Below are positions 57,382 to 64,000 of a stretch of DNA of 64,000 nt, in pieces; position 1 is the stretch's first letter, and every line of letters begins with the position of its first letter. Origin of the DNA: Acholeplasma sp. (GTDB lineage Bacteria; Bacillota_I; Bacilli_A; Acholeplasmatales; UBA5453); contig JAVBWN010000025.1 of NCBI GenBank assembly GCA_036677365.1, positions 14,301-78,300 on the forward strand, written 5' to 3'. The position numbers and the translations under genes were made by a program. The notes beneath the pieces were generated by a model. The model was not told where the DNA came from and searched no databases. It saw only the letters and a list, made by a program, of their open reading frames with translations.

Positions 57382-58089
57382 ATGCTCAAAGTGAAAAAAC
57401 TATTTAGTCATTTGTATAAGTATAAAAAAATATATTTGATATTATTCATAATACTCACAGTTGCGACTGGGATTACTTATATCTTTTCACGAGCACATGA
57501 TCAAAACAATAGTTTAAAAATCATTACTGATGTGTTGATTTCGATTACGTTTTCCCTTTCAGTCACAATATCAATAAGTTTCTCCTTCAATTTTAATATT
57601 TCAGGTGACCTTGTTTTAAACAAAAATATCCATGGAGTCGAAACAAATGAACTGAAAACCAGCATTAAATTATTAACAGAAATAAAAGAGAACATGAAAA
57701 CTATCAATACTACTTTGTCAAACTTGAAGAAATATGGAGAATCTAATCAAACATCTAAATTTAACAGGAACCACTTTTCAAATGTATATTCAATTCATCA
57801 AGAAATTGAGCAATCTGTGAAAGTGTTGAAGAAAGAGATTTCCGTATTAACTGATGACAAGGCAGTTAAGAGTTTTGAAGAAATGATTTTGTATATTGAA
57901 GCATTTATTAATTTTGTATATCTATCATTTTATGAGAATCAATTATTACCTTCACATAAAATACTTGTCGAAGCTCTTAGTTTAGAGCGTATGGAAGAGT
58001 ATTCAGTTGTATCAAATAAACTACTTGAAGGTTTAGCTGATGAATATAAAAGATCAATCCCCCCATTGCTAAAAAAACTAGACACATAG
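57382..58089 (+). CDS. hypothetical membrane protein (moron; 2 N-terminal TM plus coiled coil)
   Basis: AT-rich; own TGATATAAT -10 at about 57358; inserted between HNH and the cos-like site. Confidence 0.65.
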   Translation: MLKVKKLFSHLYKYKKIYLILFIILTVATGITYIFSRAHDQNNSLKIITDVLISITFSLSVTISISFSFNFNISGDLVLNKNIHGVETNELKTSIKLLTEIKENMKTINTTLSNLKKYGESNQTSKFNRNHFSNVYSIHQEIEQSVKVLKKEISVLTDDKAVKSFEEMILYIEAFINFVYLSFYENQLLPSHKILVEALSLERMEEYSVVSNKLLEGLADEYKRSIPPLLKKLDT

Positions 58090-58125
58090 GGTACCGTACA
58101 GGGTGGCAATTAAAAAATACAAGGC
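58059..58125. other. putative cos site
   Basis: CCCCCC...GGGTACCGTACAGGGTGGC, a GC-rich patch between HNH and terS, the usual position for 3'-cos phages of Bacillota. Confidence 0.5.
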
Positions 58126-58180
58126 AAAATTTTTGAAAATATGATATTTAGTTTTAGTCAGTCAAAGGAAGTGTATTTCT

Positions 58181-59167
58181 ATGTTTAGTGCGGTAAAAGA
58201 GTTTCGAGAGAAACTTCACTTAAGTCAAGATGATGTATCAAAATATCTGCAAATGGAACTTGAAGAGTATCAAAAGAAAGAACTTGAACCTCTATCGTTT
58301 CAAGCAAGTGAATTGTGGATGTTAACTGATCTTTTTCACTGTAAAATTGACGATTTACTTTCAATCACATATGATAAACAAATAGAACCTGATATAAATA
58401 GCAAAGTAAAAATACCTAAACTTGAATATAATGATGATACAATAAATGATTTGATTGATTCTGAAGGTTTCATTACATTATATAAATATCTACCTTTCAA
58501 CAACTATTTAATGGATACCATACTAAAAGAAAGAGTATATATGTCATATGTGAAAGATTTTAACGATCCATTTGAGTTAATTGGTAACCTAACTGATCAA
58601 GAAGGACATAACAAGGGGTACGTATATTATGGATCAATTGTTGTAGCTCCTTTCACATTAGTAGATAATAGCGAAGTCATGTGGGCACATTACGCACAAA
58701 ACTATTCTGGAGTTTGTATTAGGGTTAAATTAAACGTAAACACGTTAAAACAAAAAGGATATTACATAGGAAGAGTGAAGTATTTCCATGAAACGCCAAA
58801 AATTGTTAGTAAAGATGACATTTCATTTACACAAGAAGAAGCATTCACGAATTACGAGTATACAAAAACTATTTTTCAAAAAAAGCGAATTTGGGAGTAC
58901 GAACAAGAAGTCAGAATTGTCAAACAAATAGATTATCCTGAAATTAGTGATAACCCTGAAGCACTGTATTTTTCAAATGGTAGATTTGGAAGGTACAACA
59001 ATCCCCCTAATTATATTGAAGAATGCGAAATTACTGGAGTTATTATTGGTCACTTTGTACATAGTGCTAATAGAACTAAAATAATATCGTGGGCAAAACA
59101 AAAATCTATACCATTATACGTGACTTACATAGATAAGCATAATAATAAAATTGTTATTTCCGAGTAA
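58181..59167 (+). CDS. XRE-HTH fused to a DUF2971-like domain
   Basis: N-terminal 'REKLHLSQDDVSKYL'; 'LYKY', 'FNDPFE', 'MWAHYA..YSGVCI' and 'K..WEYEQEVR'. Confidence 0.75.
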   Translation: MFSAVKEFREKLHLSQDDVSKYLQMELEEYQKKELEPLSFQASELWMLTDLFHCKIDDLLSITYDKQIEPDINSKVKIPKLEYNDDTINDLIDSEGFITLYKYLPFNNYLMDTILKERVYMSYVKDFNDPFELIGNLTDQEGHNKGYVYYGSIVVAPFTLVDNSEVMWAHYAQNYSGVCIRVKLNVNTLKQKGYYIGRVKYFHETPKIVSKDDISFTQEEAFTNYEYTKTIFQKKRIWEYEQEVRIVKQIDYPEISDNPEALYFSNGRFGRYNNPPNYIEECEITGVIIGHFVHSANRTKIISWAKQKSIPLYVTYIDKHNNKIVISE

Positions 59168-59173
59168 ATTTAC

Positions 59174-59195
59174 AAACGACTTCGGTCGTTTTTTT
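59174..59195 (+). terminator. intrinsic terminator
   Basis: AAACGAC-TTCG-GTCGTTT followed by a T run. Confidence 0.8.
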
Positions 59196-59236
59196 CTTGC
59201 TATTTTCTCTCTTTAGAGTGATATATATTACTAACC
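59196..59236 (+). promoter_or_regulatory. class-A promoter motif, copy 3
   Basis: CTTGCTATTTTCTCTCTTTAGAGTGATATATATTACTAACC followed by TTAGGAGG. Confidence 0.75.
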
Positions 59237-59252
59237 TTAGGAGGTACTTATC

Positions 59253-59441
59253 ATGTTCAAAATTGGAGATAAAATCAGAATCATCGATATGAAGGGTGAA
59301 GACCATTATAACGGTAAAGAAGGAGTCATTGAATACATTGATGGACTCGATCAACTACATGGCACCTGGGGAGACTTGGCAATCATTCCAGAGGAAGACA
59401 TAATAGAGGTAATTAACAATGATATGCAGCTTGTGCAATAA
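59253..59441 (+). CDS. DUF4314-like small protein
   Basis: 'GDKIRIIDM..GKEGVIEYIDGLDQLHGTWGDLAIIPEED'. Confidence 0.7.
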   Translation: MFKIGDKIRIIDMKGEDHYNGKEGVIEYIDGLDQLHGTWGDLAIIPEEDIIEVINNDMQLVQ

Positions 59442-59814
59442 AGAAATCATGGGTGATTCACACAATGCACACCCAATCGGAAACGAAGAGTGCTGTTCAG
59501 AATGCAACAGTTCAAGAGTGATTCCCCTTAGATTGTTTCTAAGTGGGATTTATCAAAACAAGGCACTAGTATTAAATACCGATAATTCAATAGCTTTTAT
59601 AAAACCAAGAGGTACAGCATTCGAACTATATGAACTTCAAGAACAAGTCAAAGGATACATCGAGGTATATCCTTTAAGAATTCCTGGTCATATTGTTTTA
59701 GTTAATGAAGAAGGCTTGATACACAATATGGAGTTCAATCATCTAGCAGATAGAGTCTTTGGAATGAAGGCAGTAGGACCAGTTATGATTTGTCCAGAAG
59801 CTATATTCGAATGA
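59419..59814 (+). CDS. Zn-finger plus DUF3846-like protein
   Basis: 'CSLC..CCSEC', 'LQEQVKGYIE' and 'VNEEGL..MEFN..A..VGPV'. Confidence 0.65.
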   Translation: MICSLCNKEIMGDSHNAHPIGNEECCSECNSSRVIPLRLFLSGIYQNKALVLNTDNSIAFIKPRGTAFELYELQEQVKGYIEVYPLRIPGHIVLVNEEGLIHNMEFNHLADRVFGMKAVGPVMICPEAIFE

Positions 59815-59823
59815 GGTGTTGTT

Positions 59824-60159
59824 GTGTCTAGACTAAAAGATATCAATATAGAACTAGAGCGACTTCGGTCGCTTTTTTCGTCCGTTGACGAAACTAAGAC
59901 TCAACTGGTAGATAACCTACTCGAGCAAGCAGCATTCATGAAGGTTGAACTTGGTATTCTTCAAGAGCAAATCAGAAAGCATGGTGCAGTTCAAGTTTCA
60001 AGCAAAGGTGCTCAAAGACAGACAGAAGCAGCTAAATATTACACTAAACTCATCAATTCATATGGAACAGTCATCAAGACACTAAACTCAATCATGGGTA
60101 AAAATGTTATTGATGGTGACGATGCGTTCGATGAGTTTCTTAAGAAAGCAAACACCTGA
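59824..60159 (+). CDS. terminase small subunit (P27-like)
   Basis: 'LLEQAAFM..L..LQEQIRKHGAV..QRQTEAAKYY...DAFDEFL'; directly upstream of terL. Confidence 0.82.
   Translation: MSRLKDINIELERLRSLFSSVDETKTQLVDNLLEQAAFMKVELGILQEQIRKHGAVQVSSKGAQRQTEAAKYYTKLINSYGTVIKTLNSIMGKNVIDGDDAFDEFLKKANT
59858..59878 (+). terminator. intrinsic terminator embedded in the terS coding sequence
   Basis: AGCGAC-TTCG-GTCGCT-TTTTT. Confidence 0.65.
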
Positions 60160-61802
60160 TGAACTACCTAATTGAATATCTCAGCCAAATAGAAGATGGA
60201 AACATTCTGGTTGGTGAAGAACTAAAAAAACAACTAGATATATTACTCGAAGATCTAGAGAACCCAAGGTACGTTTTTGATGAAGCACCAGGAAATCTTC
60301 GTATTGATTTTATAGAAACCTTTTGTAAACACACAAAGTCACCATTTAATGGCCAATCATTTATACTTGAACTTTGGGAGAAAGCAATTATTCAGGTGGC
60401 TTATGGATTCAAACTGAAGGATTCTGGTCTGCGTAGATTCAATGAAGTCATATTACTGATTGCTCGTAAGAACGGAAAGACCACCTTTATCGCTGGTATA
60501 GACCTTGCTGAGTTTTTTTTATCAAAAGGTGGTGTTGATATCGTCTGTGCTTCCAATACAAGCGAACAAGCCAATATTCTCTTTGAGGAAATCAACAACA
60601 TGCGAGAGCAATCTCCTGCATTGTCAAATGAGAAGCGAAGTAAAAAGAATATCTTCTTTATTTATTCTCCAAGGACAAAGAATAAAATCAAAAAACTATC
60701 AGCTCAGAGTAGAAACAAAGATGGTTATAACATTGAGGTTGGTTGCATTGATGAGGTTCACGAAATGACCGATTCAAAGGTTTATGATGCGATTAAACAA
60801 AGCCAATCAACTAAGAAAGAACCCTTAATCTTCATCATTACAACCGAAGGAACGACTGTTGGTGGTTTTCTAGATAACAAATTGGATTATGCAAGGAAGA
60901 TGCTAAAAGGTGAAATAACTGATGAGCGCGTACTTCCTTGGCTATATACCCAAGACAACACTCAAGAAATATATGATGACTCCAGAAATTGGCAGAAATC
61001 AAATCCAAGTATTGGTGTTGTGAAACTGACTTCATATCTAGAAGATGTCATGAATAAATCGAAGAATGACCATTCAACTAGAGTTACGATGTTATGTAAA
61101 GACTTCAATATCAAACAAGTCGATCAAGGTGCATGGCTGTCATTTGATGACCTAAATAATGAAGCCAAGTATGAGCTAAGTACACTCAAGAACTCTTATG
61201 CAATAGGTGGAGTTGATTTATCATCCACCACAGATTTAACAGCTGCAATCCTTGTTATTCAAAGGAAAGATGACAACAAGAAATACATATTATCACAGTT
61301 CTTCATGCCAAGTGAAGTGGTTAAGAAACGCATGGAAGAAGATAACGTACCATATGATATTTGGATTAAAAGAGGATTAATTACACTGACTGAAGGCAGT
61401 CAAAACGATTTCTCTTTAGTATCACAGTGGTTTATGAGAATGATTCAAGAACACCAAATTAGACCGCTGTGGGTTGGCTTTGATCCATGGAATTCACAGT
61501 ATTGGATAAAGGAAATGGAAGACTTAGGGTTTAACATGGAAAAGGTTCGTCAAGGTGTTTATTCCTTATCGGAACCCATGAAACAACTTGAAGCTGACTT
61601 AAAGAATAAGACAATCATCTATGACAATAATCCGATTTTAAAGTGGTGTCTATCTAACACACAAGCAAAAGTAGACTTGAATGGTAATATACAACCTTCG
61701 AAACTGAATTCAAAATACAAGCGTATTGATGGAACAGTTGCTTTAATAATTGCTTACGCAGTTCTAAATAGGTATAAGATAGATTACGAGAATATGTTAT
61801 AA
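60159..61802 (+). CDS. terminase large subunit (HK97/Terminase_1 type)
   Basis: Walker A 'ARKNGKTT', Walker B 'CIDEVH', nuclease 'GVDLSSTTDLTA', 'FDPWN' and 'RIDG'. Confidence 0.96.
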   Translation: MNYLIEYLSQIEDGNILVGEELKKQLDILLEDLENPRYVFDEAPGNLRIDFIETFCKHTKSPFNGQSFILELWEKAIIQVAYGFKLKDSGLRRFNEVILLIARKNGKTTFIAGIDLAEFFLSKGGVDIVCASNTSEQANILFEEINNMREQSPALSNEKRSKKNIFFIYSPRTKNKIKKLSAQSRNKDGYNIEVGCIDEVHEMTDSKVYDAIKQSQSTKKEPLIFIITTEGTTVGGFLDNKLDYARKMLKGEITDERVLPWLYTQDNTQEIYDDSRNWQKSNPSIGVVKLTSYLEDVMNKSKNDHSTRVTMLCKDFNIKQVDQGAWLSFDDLNNEAKYELSTLKNSYAIGGVDLSSTTDLTAAILVIQRKDDNKKYILSQFFMPSEVVKKRMEEDNVPYDIWIKRGLITLTEGSQNDFSLVSQWFMRMIQEHQIRPLWVGFDPWNSQYWIKEMEDLGFNMEKVRQGVYSLSEPMKQLEADLKNKTIIYDNNPILKWCLSNTQAKVDLNGNIQPSKLNSKYKRIDGTVALIIAYAVLNRYKIDYENML

Positions 61803-61827
61803 TCACTATAAGTAAAGGGGTTGTAAT

Positions 61828-62832
61828 ATGAGTGATAGCTATTTAGTAACTGCGTTGAGGAAGTTTGGAGAGGCAAATCCTTTTAAAAAAATAGTCAAGA
61901 CCGAAATTTCATATGATGAGGACGAAACAACTGTCAGAATATTTTATGATGATAATGGGAAAACAGTTGAACACAAAGAAATTTTTAAACATCCTCTTTT
62001 AACAGACGAAGAAATCGCAAATATAAAGAAACGAGCAAAAATCTTTAAGTGGATGGACCTTGACAAAGCACAATTTATGTCAAACAAGAATGAACCAGAC
62101 AAGATTTTGATAATATATGATGATGGATGGTTTCGTGATATTTTTGTTATTGATAAATATAAAGGTAAAGCTAAAAGATTAGTAGAATCAAAACCAGAGA
62201 TGGATTTTAGAGATTTAGTGCTTTTTTCATTTTTCCCCACACCCATATCTAATTTTTACCATGATTACATAAATAGAGATAAAAGATTTTATCATAGAGA
62301 AAAGTTTGATGTGAATAGGAGATTATTCCTTTTACACTACAGTTCAAAATACAATGGTATATTACCAGATAATTGGTTGAAAGACTATGAAAGAAATAAA
62401 GGTTTGAACTACGCTGAACTATGGAAAAATGATAATTTCTTACCTGATATCAATATTAAAGACCCTATCGTTTTTGACGCTTTAATTGTAAGCAATGCAG
62501 CAGAAATCGCAAATCAAGAAGGATATCTTAAAGAACAACAGATTCACGCTGAATACAGAAGAATTTGTTACAACAGAATAAGAGAAAAATATAGATTAAA
62601 GGGACTTAGGTTCAAAAGTGAAACGAAAAATACGCATTATATTTACTCCGTGTTAAAGTACTACAGTGAGTTAAATGCTAATAATTGGTTCAAAATTCGT
62701 ATAGAAAAAATGTCTGAAATTCGCAGTATACCTCATTCAAAAATCAGAATTATTCTACAAGAACTTGTAAGAACTGGAGTATTACAAATAGACGAATCAA
62801 CCAAACCTATGAGTTACAGGGTTTTAAGTTAG
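61828..62832 (+). CDS. hypothetical moron between terL and portal, with a C-terminal winged helix
   Basis: AT-rich; own TGTTATAAT and AAAGGGG RBS; wHTH-like 'IPHSKIRIILQELVRTGVLQI'. Confidence 0.65.
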   Translation: MSDSYLVTALRKFGEANPFKKIVKTEISYDEDETTVRIFYDDNGKTVEHKEIFKHPLLTDEEIANIKKRAKIFKWMDLDKAQFMSNKNEPDKILIIYDDGWFRDIFVIDKYKGKAKRLVESKPEMDFRDLVLFSFFPTPISNFYHDYINRDKRFYHREKFDVNRRLFLLHYSSKYNGILPDNWLKDYERNKGLNYAELWKNDNFLPDINIKDPIVFDALIVSNAAEIANQEGYLKEQQIHAEYRRICYNRIREKYRLKGLRFKSETKNTHYIYSVLKYYSELNANNWFKIRIEKMSEIRSIPHSKIRIILQELVRTGVLQIDESTKPMSYRVLS

Positions 62833-62850
62833 AAATTGGAGGTCAAATGA

Positions 62851-64000
62851 ATGGCCATATTTACCAGAAAGAAAAAGGAAGGTTCATCGAATACCTTCCA
62901 GTTATTAAATCAAAACAATACATTCTTTACTCCTTTTGGAACCAACATTTCAAAAAGTGATGTCGTGAAGATATGTGTTGATCGAGTTGCGAGCCAGTGT
63001 GCCAAACTCAAACCAAGATACATTAAAACTGAATTAGACAAGACAGTGACCGAAAAACAAGGTCGACTGTCTTTTCTTTTAAAACATAAGCCGAACTCGC
63101 TAATGACTCCATATGATTTCATCTATAAAGTGATTACCCTGTTGCTGCTGAATGATAATGCTTTTGTTTATCCAATGTTTGATTCATTTAATGGAGGGCT
63201 CAAAGCACTTTATCCACTTAGACCAATTATGGTCGAAGCGCAAGTCGACAACGCTGATGGATACTACTTAAAGTTCTATTTTGAGGATGGGCAACAGTTT
63301 ATACTCCCTTATGAAAATGTCATTCACCTAAGGAAGTATTTTGCTTCCAATGATATCTTTGGTGGAACTGGATCATCAGGCGATCATGAAGCCATATTAA
63401 AAACTATCTCAATCAATGAGAATGTGCTTCAAGGGATAGATAACGCAGTCAGATCCTCGATGCAGATTAAAGGGATCATCAAGATGAACGGCATGCTTTC
63501 TGAAGCAGATAAAAAGAAACAAAGAGAGTTGTTTGACTCAGCACTCAATGATTCAATTAACAACAAAGGCAGTTCAATCATACCAGTTGATTTAAAGTCC
63601 GAGTATGTACCTTTGACGGTTGATCCCAAGTTGATCGACAAAGAAACACTCGAATTCTTACAATCCAAAATACTCGACTATTTTGGCGTATCAGCACCAA
63701 TCTTCGCAAACAAATATAGTGAAGAAGATTTCAACTCGTTTTATGAGTCAACCATTGAGCCTCTAGCTATTCAGCTATCTGAGGCTTTTTCTTTGGGATT
63801 GCTCACCGAAAATGAGTTAACTCGTGGTGAAGAGATTATTTTTTATAGTGAACGATTGCAGTATGCAAGCTGGAATACAAAAGTAAGTGCCATCGAAAAA
63901 CTGATGAGCCTAGGGATCATGACCTTAAATGAATCCAGAGCTTTGCTTGGACTAGAACCTATTGAGGGTGGAAACAAGCGACTGCAATCGCTCAACTTTG
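62851..64000 (+). CDS. HK97-family portal protein (3'-partial; missing from the ORF track)
   Basis: GGAGG then ATG 62851 reads MAIFTRKKKE..VKICVDRVASQCAKL..HKPNSLMT..NAFVYP..ILDYFGVS..GIMTLNESRALLGLEPIEGG. Confidence 0.92.
   Translation, partial: MAIFTRKKKEGSSNTFQLLNQNNTFFTPFGTNISKSDVVKICVDRVASQCAKLKPRYIKTELDKTVTEKQGRLSFLLKHKPNSLMTPYDFIYKVITLLLLNDNAFVYPMFDSFNGGLKALYPLRPIMVEAQVDNADGYYLKFYFEDGQQFILPYENVIHLRKYFASNDIFGGTGSSGDHEAILKTISINENVLQGIDNAVRSSMQIKGIIKMNGMLSEADKKKQRELFDSALNDSINNKGSSIIPVDLKSEYVPLTVDPKLIDKETLEFLQSKILDYFGVSAPIFANKYSEEDFNSFYESTIEPLAIQLSEAFSLGLLTENELTRGEEIIFYSERLQYASWNTKVSAIEKLMSLGIMTLNESRALLGLEPIEGGNKRLQSLNF

Larger units (their letters stand above)
30530..64000. mobile_element. 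prophage (HK97-like, cos-type) with left-end cargo, integrated at the rlmD 3' end; right part lies outside the window
   Basis: Composition and codon style change after rlmD. Large serine recombinase points toward rlmD, followed by lysogeny, replication, packaging and portal genes. The rlmD/rumA 3' end is an established target of serine-recombinase elements in Bacillota. Confidence 0.85.

Noticed and set aside
180..63668. Many short opposite-strand or nested ORFs in the ORF track (e.g. 663-1010, 29769-30137, 35386-35811, 53057-53416, 62910-63122, 63429-63668)
   Set aside because: They are shadows of well-supported genes, with no RBS or recognisable motif. The last two lie antisense to the portal gene.
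38185..64000. Avoidance of the BpuSI site GGGAC in the prophage
   Set aside because: GGGAC occurs in the prophage (about 52987, 56980, 62601), so the sequence gives no evidence on specificity.
1..64000. tRNA or rRNA genes
   Set aside because: No cloverleaf or rRNA-like segment was seen in any intergenic region.

Overview
The window looks like an Acholeplasmataceae-type (wall-less Mollicute) chromosome read with the standard code; TGA is used as a stop. It has three parts. (1) 1-30.56 kb is host backbone: MATE, queG, trmL, pcp, hemolysin III, ackA, then a 23-kb LacI-controlled locus for beta-1,2-glucan use. That locus has 2 solute-binding proteins, 4 ABC permeases, an NHL/TPR/YIP1 protein, a DUF5696-type protein, two GH144, GH13, GH3 and a GH94 oligoglucan phosphorylase. 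An epimerase and rlmD follow. (2) 30.6-38.2 kb is a lipid-related cargo block (ABC exporter, HAD, DegV, TetR, patatin, and a GT4 with an internal TGA) bracketed by direct repeats. (3) 38.2-64 kb is the left part of an HK97-like cos-type prophage apparently integrated at the rlmD 3' end. It carries a large serine recombinase, cI/cro switch, a second (tyrosine) recombinase, antirepressor, Xis-like protein, an initiator with internal iterons, a BpuSI-like R-M system, Shedu, ParB-MTase, metK, HNH, terminase and portal. The most unusual signals are non-coding and lie in the prophage. A 19-bp box sits directly upstream of two promoters that each make a short terminated leader. A second ~45-bp promoter motif occurs three times. 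Arrays phased at 11 bp occur at three sites. An intrinsic terminator lies inside terS. Together these suggest an undescribed two-tier circuit coupling integration/excision to late-gene antitermination. All protein assignments come from recognising motifs by eye; no database search was run.
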